The position numbers and the translations under genes were made by a program. A model generated the notes under the pieces. That model was given only the letters and a program-made list of their open reading frames with translations. It had not been told where the DNA came from and did no database searches. Shown here in pieces: positions 1 through 9,581 of a stretch of DNA of 50,185 nucleotides. The stretch is taken from positions 1-50,185 of the forward strand of contig CBDVDB010000001.1 of the NCBI GenBank assembly GCA_965372625.1, given 5' to 3'. The first letter of the stretch is position 1, and each line of letters starts with the position of its first letter. Source of the DNA: an uncultured Nitrospinaceae bacterium (GTDB taxonomy: Bacteria > Nitrospinota > Nitrospinia > Nitrospinales > Nitrospinaceae).

Positions 1-68
1 CCAGCCCGGTATGGGCGCAGGCGGGAGGCCATGCCAGCGTCGGGCTGGGGCATGGGGAAGAGGGTTAT

Positions 69-335
69 TTGCATCTTCAGGAGATGGTTAAGCACCTTGA
101 ATTCAGTTTGAAGATGGAGGATGCCTCCCCGGAGTTGAAAATGCATGGCGGCGTAGCCCTGAAACATGCCCGGGAGGCTCTCAAGCATTATAATGAGGCG
201 CTGGCCCACGCTTCGGAATCGCTGGGACGTCCCCCCGGAAATCCCATGGCCGGTGGCTCCGGTGGCGACCACGGTTATGAAGAAGGGTCCGGCCAGGCAC
301 CGGGTCAGGGCGGGGGCATGGAGGGTTCCCACTGA
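69..335 (+). CDS. Small His/Ala/Lys-rich helical-repeat protein, SmbP-like (small metal-binding protein); possibly 5'-partial
   Basis: The translation has KHAxEAL-type repeats (VALKHAREALKHYNEALAHASESL) followed by a Gly-rich tail. GAGG lies 5 nt upstream of the TTG at 69. The frame stays open to the window's 5' edge (codons from nt 3), so the true start may lie upstream. Confidence 0.4.
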   Translation: MHLQEMVKHLEFSLKMEDASPELKMHGGVALKHAREALKHYNEALAHASESLGRPPGNPMAGGSGGDHGYEEGSGQAPGQGGGMEGSH

Positions 336-359
336 CGTTACAGACAGGGTGGAGCGGAT

Positions 360-1304
360 TCAGGATTCGACCGGCAGTTTCGAGTTGCGGCTCCAATCCC
401 ACCATGATCCGTCATAATTGCGGACCTTGAACCCGAGATGACGAAAAACGAAAAACGCCATCGCCGAGCGCACTCCGCCAGTACAATAAACAACGACTTC
501 TTGGCGTGCTTTAATACCCCTGGTACTTAATAGAGAACCCAGTGTTTTCCGCGGTTTTAAGGTGCCGTCTTTTTTAAAAAAATCCCGCCAATCGATATGA
601 AGCGCTCCGGGAATATGACCTCCCCGGGGTGAGCCGTAAGGCGTGGCGCCCTCAAATTCTTTTTTTTCCCGATTGTCTATCAGAATGATATCCTTCGATC
701 CCAATCTTGGGACGATCCAACTTTGATCGGCCATAACTTCCCGGTTGAATTTGATAGCCGCTGTTTTCAAGGCAGAGGGTTGAGGGTCATTTCCCAGGCC
801 CCGCTCCAGGGCGAGTCCGGCTTTTTGCCAATGCTGGATTCCCCCTTCCAGCAGGGCGACCCGTTTAAATCCGTAGTACTCAAACATCCAGAAAAAGCGG
901 CCGTCGGTGCGCCATTTATCGGTCAGGTCGCCATAGACGACAATCATTTTCGCGTGATCGATGCCGAGGGAGCGCAATTTTTGAACGATAAATTTTTTAT
1001 CCTGATTGATCTGTCCGTGAACGCCGCCGGATCGAACGGTAAACTCCCGCCAGTCGCTTAAATTAAGGGCGCCCGGAATATGTCCCATCAGGTATTTCCA
1101 GGACGGCCGGGCGTCGATCACCACCCGTTCGATCCGAGGCAGGGATTGAAGTTTCTGGACGGTGATAAGGGGTTCAAAATCAGGGGCGGAAAGGGCCGCT
1201 GGCAGGGTCGCCACGAACCCGAAGGCAAGGACTGAAATCCCCAGGAAAATGGCCTTAATTTTCCTTGACAAACTGCGGTTTAGACTTGTAATATCAACCT
1301 TCAT
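360..1304 (-). CDS. Exported tandem-rhodanese sulfurtransferase (thiosulfate/3-mercaptopyruvate sulfurtransferase family)
   Basis: 314 aa. It has an N-terminal hydrophobic signal/anchor (IFLGISVLAFGFVATLPAALSA) and two rhodanese-like halves. The C-terminal half carries the active-site loop VVYCTGGVRS. Confidence 0.8.
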   Translation of the reverse strand: MKVDITSLNRSLSRKIKAIFLGISVLAFGFVATLPAALSAPDFEPLITVQKLQSLPRIERVVIDARPSWKYLMGHIPGALNLSDWREFTVRSGGVHGQINQDKKFIVQKLRSLGIDHAKMIVVYGDLTDKWRTDGRFFWMFEYYGFKRVALLEGGIQHWQKAGLALERGLGNDPQPSALKTAAIKFNREVMADQSWIVPRLGSKDIILIDNREKKEFEGATPYGSPRGGHIPGALHIDWRDFFKKDGTLKPRKTLGSLLSTRGIKARQEVVVYCTGGVRSAMAFFVFRHLGFKVRNYDGSWWDWSRNSKLPVES

Positions 1305-1572
1305 TTTTTGACCCAGGGCCTTTCAAATGTGATGTTTTTTCGGAAAATTTCCCGATCTTCCCCGGTCCTCACTCACCATCGTTTAGTTACAGATTTACAG
1401 AGATTGTCGGCCGGGGCGGCACAAAGTCTTTTGGTTAAAGACGGTTTTTAAAGGGGTCTGGATTCAAAAATCTTTGTTTTCCTGATAATACACCGGTCCT
1501 CCCCGGTATTGGGAATCGATTTGATTAATGAGTGGCATAAAATAATCCACCACAAGCGGGTTCGGGGGAGCT

Positions 1573-2388
1573 ATGACAAACGGACAGGAAAATGACAACG
1601 ATAAACCATCTCCAGATCGGCTGGATGAGATCAAACAAGAGGCTCAGGAGGATGCCAGCTCCTACTATGCTCAGGGTAAATCGGAAGATGATCATATGAC
1701 AGAAGAAGATTTCAACAAGCCGGTCCTGCCTGTGGAAACAGCAAAAGAAGAAATGAATCTGATGAAAGCCCTGGCGTACCTGGGATTCGGTATGGGCGCT
1801 TTGGCGATTATCGTTATCCTGTTCTTCCTGCGTAATCTGGACCATAAAGTGGGCGATATGGATGCCGCTGTCGGCACCCTGGAGCAAAAATTCGGTCCTC
1901 TCAAACAGGAGATGCAAGAAGGTTTTGCCAAGGTCGACGCCGATGTTTCGCAATTGAAGGCCCGGTTTGGTAATTTTGAACGGCAGGCGGCGGTGACGGA
2001 GTTAAAACGGGCGCAGGTGGCGATTCAGACCGTGACCGCAAATACGTCTCCGGAGGTTCAGGCCAAATCGGATCAGGTTTTGGCGAGCATCGATAATCTT
2101 CTGCAGGAATTGGGCGCCGGGCCTCCTGGAGCAGGCACTTCGGTTCCCGCGCCTGCTTCAGCCGCACCCGGCCCGGCAGACAAGCCTTTTGAAATTATTC
2201 TGGAACAACCTGCGGCAGAGCCCGCTCCGATGGCTGAAGCCGCTCCCCCAGTAGAACCGGTGGTTGAAGCTGAAGCGGCCCCCGCCGAACCCGTAGCGGA
2301 AGAAGCTCCAGCACCGGTTGAAGAACCGGCCGCTGAAGAAAGCCCGGATAGCGGCGATGAGTCGGAAGATGAAGAGGATGACGAATAA
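1573..2388 (+). CDS. Hypothetical single-pass membrane protein with coiled-coil region, Pro/Ala/Glu-rich linker and poly-acidic C-terminus
   Basis: 271 aa. The N-terminus is acidic and there is one TM helix (ALAYLGFGMGALAIIVILFFL). A heptad-like region follows, then PAxEP-type low complexity ending SGDESEDEEDDE. A hairpin terminator follows the gene. I recognised no family. Confidence 0.6.
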   Translation: MTNGQENDNDKPSPDRLDEIKQEAQEDASSYYAQGKSEDDHMTEEDFNKPVLPVETAKEEMNLMKALAYLGFGMGALAIIVILFFLRNLDHKVGDMDAAVGTLEQKFGPLKQEMQEGFAKVDADVSQLKARFGNFERQAAVTELKRAQVAIQTVTANTSPEVQAKSDQVLASIDNLLQELGAGPPGAGTSVPAPASAAPGPADKPFEIILEQPAAEPAPMAEAAPPVEPVVEAEAAPAEPVAEEAPAPVEEPAAEESPDSGDESEDEEDDE

Positions 2389-2405
2389 AGTTTTATGAAT
2401 TCACG

Positions 2406-2443
2406 GCCTGGGACCTTCCAAGGGTCTCAGGCTTTATTTGTTT
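2406..2443 (+). terminator. Rho-independent terminator candidate downstream of the 1573-2388 gene
   Basis: GCCTGGGACC (2406-2415) pairs with GGTCTCAGGC (2423-2432) with one G-U pair and a 7-nt loop. TTTATTTGTTT follows. Confidence 0.55.
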
Positions 2444-2464
2444 GAGCGGCTTCGGGATGCCATC

Positions 2465-2779
2465 ATGCCTGTAAAAATCATTGTATTCATCATTCTGGTT
2501 ATTATTTTTACAATTTTCGCCGTTAAAAATATGGATTTTGTGGAAGTCAGTTTTTATGACTTCAGTTTTAATTCCCACGATGTTCAGGTTCCCCTCCTGA
2601 TTGTGGTTTTGATCTCACTGGGTTTTGGATTTCTTCTGGCATGGGTGGATGGTTGGATTGCTAAAATGAAATTGAAATCCACCATTCGTCGTAATGATAG
2701 AATAATTCAATCACTCAACGAGGAACTGCTGAAATACAGGAAACCTGTTTTGCCTGAATCCTCTGAATCAGAAAAATAA
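2465..2779 (+). CDS. LapA-domain (DUF1049/YciS-like) inner-membrane protein
   Basis: It has two TM helices (MPVKIIVFIILVIIFTIFAV and PLLIVVLISLGFGFLLAWV) followed by a basic amphipathic tail, the typical LapA_dom layout. I prefer ATG 2465 over the track's TTG 2438 because TTG 2438 lies inside the upstream terminator T-tract. Confidence 0.6.
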   Translation: MPVKIIVFIILVIIFTIFAVKNMDFVEVSFYDFSFNSHDVQVPLLIVVLISLGFGFLLAWVDGWIAKMKLKSTIRRNDRIIQSLNEELLKYRKPVLPESSESEK

Positions 2780-2807
2780 CTATCATCTTTTTCCAGCCGG
2801 CAGTTTA

Positions 2808-3572
2808 ATGGTTCCTCAATTCTTATCCGAACAACAACTCCAGGACTTTAATCGTGACGGATTTCTTTTAGTCCGCAGTCCCTTTGAATCCACCCGGTTG
2901 GATCAAATTGTCTCCTGGGTTGATGAAGTCCAGAATTACCCGGAGGCGCCGGGCAAATACATGATGTATTACGAAAAAAGCCTGCTCGATCCTAATAAAA
3001 AGTTACTCCACCGGATGGAAAGTCTTTTTGATTTTCATGATGGGTTTAATGAGTTGTTCGGCAGTGACCCGGTTTTGGGAGTGGTTTCCGATTTGTTGGG
3101 TGAGCCCGCTGTCCTGTTTAAAGATAAAATAAACTTCAAATTCCCGGGAGGCATCTCATTCGATTGGCATCAGGACCATCAGGCGGGATGGTGGGTTTAT
3201 GGCGAACTGTTTATCACGGCCCTCATCTGTATCGATAAAGTCACCAAAGACAACGGCCCTTTGGAGTTGGCCGCGGGGTTTCATAATAAAGGGTTGATCG
3301 GCGAGAAGTGGAAACCCATGACGGAGGAACACATTGCGGGAATGAAGTTTGAACCTTATTTGCTTGAGTCCGGGGATATGGTGTTCTTCGATTCCTTCGT
3401 TCCCCATGGTTCCGGCCCCAACCTGAGCGATAAGTCACGGCGAGTCCTGTACATCACTTACGGCCGTCTATCGGAAGGCGATCACCGAAAGCAGTATTAC
3501 GCGGACAAGCGCAAGAATTTTCCACCCGACTGCGAACGCGATCCCAACAAGGAGTATCACTACCGGGTTTAG
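2808..3572 (+). CDS. Phytanoyl-CoA dioxygenase (PhyH) family Fe(II)/2-oxoglutarate oxygenase
   Basis: 254 aa. The HxD...H facial triad context is present (FDWHQDHQ, then FVPHGSGPN), followed by SRRVLYITY (2OG-binding Arg). Confidence 0.75.
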   Translation: MVPQFLSEQQLQDFNRDGFLLVRSPFESTRLDQIVSWVDEVQNYPEAPGKYMMYYEKSLLDPNKKLLHRMESLFDFHDGFNELFGSDPVLGVVSDLLGEPAVLFKDKINFKFPGGISFDWHQDHQAGWWVYGELFITALICIDKVTKDNGPLELAAGFHNKGLIGEKWKPMTEEHIAGMKFEPYLLESGDMVFFDSFVPHGSGPNLSDKSRRVLYITYGRLSEGDHRKQYYADKRKNFPPDCERDPNKEYHYRV

Positions 3573-3587
3573 ATTCCTTCCACGTTT

Positions 3588-4643
3588 TTATATTTCCGGT
3601 TGTTGTTGGGTGACGCAGTGAATGGCTCCCAATCCCCAAACGAACGTTTCGCAGGGTATTGCCACAATCTCCCGGTCAGGAAAATACCGTTTTAAAATGG
3701 ATTCGGCCTCCGCATCGTTGGGATGGTTGTAGGTCGGCAGCAAAACCGCCCGGTTACCGATATAAAAATTGGCATAACTGGCTGGCAACCGGCCTTCGTC
3801 GCCGATAATGCGTCCCGGCATAGGAAAGTGCAGGATATTTAAAGGCCGTCCGTTTTCGTCCCGGAACGACTCGAGAATTTTGAGGTTTTCCGCAAGGCAG
3901 GCGTGGTTGGGATCCGTGGTGTCCTCTTCACGGGCGCAGAGTACCGTATCTGGATTCACAAAGCGCACCAGATTATCGATATGGCCGTCGGTATCGTCTC
4001 CTTCAATATGACCCTGACACCAGATGATTTGCCGGACGCCCAGATACCGCTTTAAATACGACTCCATCTCCGATTGGTTGAGCCCGCCATTGCGGTTGGG
4101 ATTCAACAGGCATTGCTCCGTGGTGATGCACAGGCCCTGGCCGTTGACCTCGATGGCGCCCCCCTCCAGCACTATTCCGGGCTGAAAAGGAGCCATTTTC
4201 AAAACATCCATAATGGCGGAGCCGGCCTGGGCATCCAGATCCCAATCATATTTGCCGCCCCAGGAATCAAACTTCCAGAGATTGGCCGTGACCTCCCGCT
4301 TTCCGTCAGGCGTTTCCCGGACCAGAAAATTAGGCCCGTAATCCCGAATCCAGGCGTCATTGGTTTTAATAAGATGAATCTTTATATTTTCATTAGATAG
4401 GATTATATCTATAATGTTTTTCATTAACTCTTTATGGATCGCTTCCTGATTGACCAGCAGGTTGACTGTCTCCCCTACGGACAATACCCGGATCATCTGG
4501 AGATAGACCGCTTCGATATTCACCATATTTTGTCCCGGCCAGGTTTCGGGATTATGGGGCCAGGTCAGCCAGGTGGCGGCATGGGGTTCCCATTCGGCGG
4601 GCATGCGAAATCCTTGATCGGCGGGGCAGGTGTCAGGTTTCAT
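3588..4643 (-). CDS. aguA: Agmatine deiminase
   Basis: 351 aa. Family motifs are present: WLTWPH, AWIRDYGP, GGAIEVNGQG, DGHIDN and the C-terminal catalytic-Cys motif GAIHCVTQQ. It overlaps the upstream aguB by 11 nt. Confidence 0.9.
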   Translation of the reverse strand: MKPDTCPADQGFRMPAEWEPHAATWLTWPHNPETWPGQNMVNIEAVYLQMIRVLSVGETVNLLVNQEAIHKELMKNIIDIILSNENIKIHLIKTNDAWIRDYGPNFLVRETPDGKREVTANLWKFDSWGGKYDWDLDAQAGSAIMDVLKMAPFQPGIVLEGGAIEVNGQGLCITTEQCLLNPNRNGGLNQSEMESYLKRYLGVRQIIWCQGHIEGDDTDGHIDNLVRFVNPDTVLCAREEDTTDPNHACLAENLKILESFRDENGRPLNILHFPMPGRIIGDEGRLPASYANFYIGNRAVLLPTYNHPNDAEAESILKRYFPDREIVAIPCETFVWGLGAIHCVTQQQPEI

Positions 4644-5523
4644 TCTGGTCGATGAATAGATGGGTCAGGTCCTGGTAGGCGTCGACCCGGCGATCCCTTA
4701 AAAATGGCCAGCCCTGCCGGGTTTCCTCGATCAAACCGAGATCGCAGTCGGCGACCAGTACTTCGGGCGCTTGCGCAGAGGCCTCCGCCAGAACTTCACC
4801 AAAGGGGTCGGATATAAAGGAACCTCCCCAGAAATTGATTTCGTTTTCCTGGCCCACGCGATTGACGGCGGCGGTGAACACGCCATTGGCAATACTATGG
4901 GCCTTTTGAATGGTTTGCCAGGCCTCGGCCTGTTTTTGGGCCACCGCGGCATCAAAGGCCTGATAACCGATGGCGGTGGGATAAAACAGAATCCGGGCGC
5001 CGGCTAAAGCCGTCAGCCGGGCGGCTTCCGGAAACCATTGGTCCCAGCAGATAAGAATTCCAATTTTTCCGAACCGCGTGGGAATGGCCTGAAATCCCAT
5101 ATCACCCGGCGTGAAATAGAATTTTTCATGAAAACCGGGATCGTCCGGGATATGCATCTTACGGTAGCGGCCGGCCATGGAGCCGTCAGCGTCGATAACC
5201 ACTGCCGTATTGTGATAAATTCCGGAGGACCGCTTCTCGAACACGGGGACTATAAGGACCACTTGCAATTCACCAGCTATCTTTGATAATGCCTGCGTGG
5301 TCAGGCCCGGTATTGCCTCTGCCAATTGGAAATTCTGGGGGTCCTCCACCTGGCAAAAATAGGGAGTCTGAAAAAGCTCCTGCAGGCAGATGATCTGCGC
5401 GCCTTTACCGGCGGCTTCCCGGATGCCCTCTTCGGCTTTCTGCATGTTGGACTGCGAGTCCGTGGCGCAGGCCATTTGGACGAGGCCGATTCTTATAATT
5501 TCCTTGCTGGAATTAGGGGTCAT
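4633..5523 (-). CDS. aguB: N-carbamoylputrescine amidase (carbon-nitrogen hydrolase family)
   Basis: 296 aa. The nitrilase-superfamily Glu-Lys-Cys triad contexts are present (ICLQELF, YRKMHIP, ILICWDQWFPE). It is co-directional and overlapping with aguA. Confidence 0.85.
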   Translation of the reverse strand: MTPNSSKEIIRIGLVQMACATDSQSNMQKAEEGIREAAGKGAQIICLQELFQTPYFCQVEDPQNFQLAEAIPGLTTQALSKIAGELQVVLIVPVFEKRSSGIYHNTAVVIDADGSMAGRYRKMHIPDDPGFHEKFYFTPGDMGFQAIPTRFGKIGILICWDQWFPEAARLTALAGARILFYPTAIGYQAFDAAVAQKQAEAWQTIQKAHSIANGVFTAAVNRVGQENEINFWGGSFISDPFGEVLAEASAQAPEVLVADCDLGLIEETRQGWPFLRDRRVDAYQDLTHLFIDQNET

Positions 5524-5756
5524 AATCTAATAAAATTGTGAAATATTCCCCGATAGAATTTGATTGGGAGTATAGGCGAACTTTAGAGTTGCGGCAATCA
5601 GTTTCCCCTGGTTATCATGCGGGATCGCTGTTGTTTGAAGCTCAAAAATATGTTATAAAACAATAAGTTATGATGATTATCGGCCAGGGGTAATAGAATC
5701 GGGCCGGCATAATAGCGTAAATATTAAAACTTTTAGCCAGCGGGATTTAAAAGACT

Positions 5757-6134
5757 ATGTGGGTTAAACAGGCTTTTCGGGATTATTACAAGCCCAAACT
5801 CTGCCGGGAATTAAAGCGCGACCCGTCCCAGGAGGAGTGCGACCAGCGGTTTGAGGAAATTTATAAAGAACTCCGCCTGACGCTTCTGGCAGGGGTCTAT
5901 GAGGGCGTGTCCCTTTATTTTTATGAGATCGCCCAGTTTACCCTGGACGAATTCAATACCTTTCGCGATCGTCCGAAGGAGTACCTGTTCGAGCGGTTCG
6001 GCGGCGGCAATTTCAAGTTGAACTTTTATGAAGGCGATTCGTTCGTAGTCACCGTCAATTTCAAACCTGAGGGAGAGCCCAAGTGGCATCATCTGCTCCC
6101 TGAGAAGGCCAAACCCTTTATCAACTCTCAATGA
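5757..6134 (+). CDS. Hypothetical protein, translationally coupled to mfd
   Basis: 125 aa with no signal peptide or TM helix and no motif I recognise. Its TGA overlaps the mfd ATG (ATGA at 6131-6134). Confidence 0.5.
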   Translation: MWVKQAFRDYYKPKLCRELKRDPSQEECDQRFEEIYKELRLTLLAGVYEGVSLYFYEIAQFTLDEFNTFRDRPKEYLFERFGGGNFKLNFYEGDSFVVTVNFKPEGEPKWHHLLPEKAKPFINSQ

Positions 6135-9100
6135 ATTCACCCACCTCTTCGGCGCTGTCCGGTAATGTTCAGGAAATCGAGCAATGGACCGAGCTGTTGG
6201 ACTCCCTTAAAGCCTCGGAAAATCCAGTAAGCCTGGATGGATTAGTGGGCGCCTCCAAGGCGTTTTTGCTGGCGCAGGCATGGAAACATGCCAAGCGTCC
6301 ACTGGTCGTGATCACCCCGAACCCGATCAGCGGCGAAACCTGGCTATCCGACCTGCGTTTTTTTCTCCATCATGAAAAAGTGCGCGTGGCTCCCCAGTTT
6401 TTTCCGACGTGGGAGCTGTTGCCCTACGAGCCGTTGTCGCCTTTCAGTGAAGTTTCGGGAGAGCGTCTGGCGGTTTTGAGCGGATTGCTGGAGCACCAAT
6501 GTCCGATTCTGGTGGTTCCGGTAGAGGCGGCATTCCAATACCTGATGCCACGTTCGGCTCTCCAGAATCTGATTTACGATGTCCAAAAAGGTCAAACCCT
6601 CGACCGGGAAGTGTTCGAAATGTGCCTGGTGGATAACGGCTATTCCCGCTCTCATCTGGTGGAGGAAAGGGGTCAGTTCAGTTCGCGGGGAGACATTCTG
6701 GATGTCTTTCAATCCCATCAACTGCACCCCATCCGCCTCGAGTTTTTTGGCGATGAGGTGGAGTCCATCCGGAAGTTCGAAGTCGGCTCCCAGGTTTCCA
6801 TCGAAGATTGCGGCCGGGTGAAAATTCTTCCGATCCGGGAGTTGTGTCTGACCGATAAAGATTTTCAGACCGGTATGGAAAACATCATTCAATACGGTGA
6901 GGAGAATGAAGTCGACCGTTCCCGCTTTAATGAGCTGGTTGAAAAACTCCGCAACCTGAAAAATTTTTCCGGGATGGAAATGCTGGCGCCTTTCTTTTTT
7001 GAGAAAAGGGAAAGTCTGTTCGATTATCTTTCTGAGAACACCTTGATCGTTCTGGATGATTTGGAATTATTAAAAGAAAAGGGAGAACAATTTGAGGAGT
7101 TGGTGCAGGAGGAATACCACCGGTGTACCGGCCGGGGGGATATCGCGGCGGACCCCGATCATCTGTATCTTTCCCAGGAAAAATTTTTAAAGAATATCCA
7201 GTCCCGGCCTCATCTGACTCTGAATACCCTGAAACTTTCCGATGATGAGGGAGGAATCGCGAGGCGGTTTCAAATCAAGCCGATTCCCCCGTTTCAGGGG
7301 AAGTTCGATCTGTTCACGCTGCATGCCGAAGAATGGACCGGGAAGGGTTGTCAGGTGACGGTGGCCGCGCCCACCAAGGGGCATGTCCGGCGCATGAATG
7401 AACTGCTGGTGGATAAGGAATTGAACCTGCCCGTCGAACTTGGGTTTATCAGCCAGGGGTTCCAGTTCCCGGGGCTCAATAGTGTGTTTGTCGCCGAGCA
7501 TGAAATATTCGGGAGAACACACAAACACCGGCATCGCCGCAAATCGCGTTCTCTGCCTTTCCAGCGCGGTTTCAAGGATCTAAAGGAAGGCGATCTGCTG
7601 GTGCATGTCGATTATGGCATCGGCCGATACACCCGGACCAAGGAGTTGACCACCGGCATTGGCGGCGGCGAGTTTCTGGAAATTTATTATGCCGACGATC
7701 AGAAGCTTTATATTCCCATGGACGGATTGGCCGCTATTCAGAAATATGCGGGAGCGGGTGAGGACCATCCCCCTTTAAGCAAACTGGGCGGTACGCAATG
7801 GAAACGGCAAAAGAAAAAAATCAAAGATTCGTTGAAGGAAATGGCAGGGGAACTTTTAAAAGTTTACGCGGCCCGCAAGCTGGCTCAGGGATACAGCTAT
7901 TCCCATAACCCGGTCCTTATGCAGGATTTCGCGGATTCGTTTGAGTATGTCGAGACCGAGGATCAATTGAAAGCGATTGAGGACGTGTTGGAGGATCTGG
8001 AGCGGGAAAAACCCATGGACCGGTTGATCTGCGGTGACGTGGGTTACGGGAAAACCGAGGTGGCGATGCGAGCCGCTTTCAGCGCGGTGCTGGACAAAAA
8101 ACAGGTGGCCATTCTGGTACCCACCACCATTCTGGCCCAGCAGCATTGGTCTACCTTTCAGGAGCGGTTTCATATGCATCCCGTTCAGATTGAAATGGTC
8201 AGCCGGTTTCGCACTCCCCGCCAGCAAAAGGAAACTCTCAAGAAATTAAAGGAAGGGAAAGTGGATATCCTGGTCGGGACTCACCGGTTGCTGTCGAAGG
8301 ACGTGCAATTCGCCGACCTGGGGCTGGTGATTATCGATGAGGAGCAGAGGTTTGGCGTTAAGCACAAAGAGCGGTTGAAGGAACTTCGCGCCTCGGTGGA
8401 TGTTCTCACCCTGAGCGCCACGCCGATTCCCCGAACCCTTCATTTTTCGCTGATGGGAGTGCGCGATTTGAGTGTCATCGAAACCCCGCCCAGCGACCGG
8501 CTGTCGATCAAAACCTATGTCCGGAAATTTGACGAAGGGATCATTCGAGAGGCCATTCTCCGTGAAAAAGACAGAGGAGGGCAGGTGTACTTTGTGCACA
8601 ACAAGGTGCAAAGCATTCATTCGATCGGCGCAATGCTCAGGAAAATCGTTCCGGAAGTAACGATAGGTATCGCTCATGGCCAGCTTCAGGAACGGATGCT
8701 GGAACAGGTGATGAAACAATTCATCGAGAAGGAAATCGATCTTCTACTGTGTACGTCCATCATTGAGTCGGGGCTGGACATTCCCTCCGCCAATACCATC
8801 ATCATCAGCCGGGCCGACCAGTTCGGCCTGGCACAGTTATATCAATTGCGGGGAAGGGTGGGGCGTTACAAACATCAGGCGTATGCGTATCTTCTGATTC
8901 CCGGAGCGTTGACCATCAGCGATGATGCCCGCAAACGGTTGACGGCCATTGAAGAGATGAGCGACCTCGGCGCCGGCTTCGAGCTGGCCGCCCGTGATAT
9001 GGAAATTCGTGGAACCGGGAACATGCTGGGGCATGATCAATCCGGCCATATTTCAGCCATCGGATTTGATTTATATTGTAAGATGATGGAGGAAACGATC

Positions 9101-9577
9101 CGGGAAATGAAGGGCCAGAAAATTGAGTCCCGAATAGAACCTGAAATCAACCTTGAAATCAAGGGCTTCATTCCTAAAGATTATGTTTCCGATTTAAATC
9201 AAAGATTGGAAATCTATCGCCGACTGCAACTGTTGGATGAGTTTGAAGGATTGGAAACCCTTAAGGTGGAGTTGGTGGACCGGTATGGCAATTTCCCTGA
9301 AGAAGTGGAAAAACTGGTGGTGTTGATGGAAATCAAGCTTTACTGTCAAAGGCTCGACATCAGCAAAATCCAATTGAGGCACGGCGAAGCGGCTTTTACC
9401 CTGGACCCCGCCACCCGGATAGCAACCCAAAAACTTATGGGCATTCTTGATTCAGGAATGCGGCTGGTATCGGAGTATCATTTGAGTTTAAAATTCAAAA
9501 TTAAGGGCTGGAAAGAGGATACCGCCCTGATCAGTTCTTATTTAAAAAAATTGATGAGCTGTGTGGAAGAAAATTGA
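6131..9577 (+). CDS. mfd: Transcription-repair coupling factor
   Basis: 1148 aa. It has a UvrB-homology N-terminus, a CarD/RNAP-interaction region (LVHVDYGIGRY), superfamily-2 helicase motifs (GDVGYGKTEVA, IIDEEQRFG, LSATPIPRTL, QLRGRVGR) and a TRCF C-terminal domain. Confidence 0.95.
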   Translation: MNSPTSSALSGNVQEIEQWTELLDSLKASENPVSLDGLVGASKAFLLAQAWKHAKRPLVVITPNPISGETWLSDLRFFLHHEKVRVAPQFFPTWELLPYEPLSPFSEVSGERLAVLSGLLEHQCPILVVPVEAAFQYLMPRSALQNLIYDVQKGQTLDREVFEMCLVDNGYSRSHLVEERGQFSSRGDILDVFQSHQLHPIRLEFFGDEVESIRKFEVGSQVSIEDCGRVKILPIRELCLTDKDFQTGMENIIQYGEENEVDRSRFNELVEKLRNLKNFSGMEMLAPFFFEKRESLFDYLSENTLIVLDDLELLKEKGEQFEELVQEEYHRCTGRGDIAADPDHLYLSQEKFLKNIQSRPHLTLNTLKLSDDEGGIARRFQIKPIPPFQGKFDLFTLHAEEWTGKGCQVTVAAPTKGHVRRMNELLVDKELNLPVELGFISQGFQFPGLNSVFVAEHEIFGRTHKHRHRRKSRSLPFQRGFKDLKEGDLLVHVDYGIGRYTRTKELTTGIGGGEFLEIYYADDQKLYIPMDGLAAIQKYAGAGEDHPPLSKLGGTQWKRQKKKIKDSLKEMAGELLKVYAARKLAQGYSYSHNPVLMQDFADSFEYVETEDQLKAIEDVLEDLEREKPMDRLICGDVGYGKTEVAMRAAFSAVLDKKQVAILVPTTILAQQHWSTFQERFHMHPVQIEMVSRFRTPRQQKETLKKLKEGKVDILVGTHRLLSKDVQFADLGLVIIDEEQRFGVKHKERLKELRASVDVLTLSATPIPRTLHFSLMGVRDLSVIETPPSDRLSIKTYVRKFDEGIIREAILREKDRGGQVYFVHNKVQSIHSIGAMLRKIVPEVTIGIAHGQLQERMLEQVMKQFIEKEIDLLLCTSIIESGLDIPSANTIIISRADQFGLAQLYQLRGRVGRYKHQAYAYLLIPGALTISDDARKRLTAIEEMSDLGAGFELAARDMEIRGTGNMLGHDQSGHISAIGFDLYCKMMEETIREMKGQKIESRIEPEINLEIKGFIPKDYVSDLNQRLEIYRRLQLLDEFEGLETLKVELVDRYGNFPEEVEKLVVLMEIKLYCQRLDISKIQLRHGEAAFTLDPATRIATQKLMGILDSGMRLVSEYHLSLKFKIKGWKEDTALISSYLKKLMSCVEEN

Positions 9578-9581
9578 TTTT

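Noticed and set aside
1387-1401. A direct repeat TTACAGA-T-TTACAGA in the divergent intergenic region between the rhodanese gene and the 1573 gene.
   Set aside because: There are only two 7-nt copies at an 8-nt period. That is too short to separate from chance in a 270-nt region, and no second occurrence was seen elsewhere in the window.
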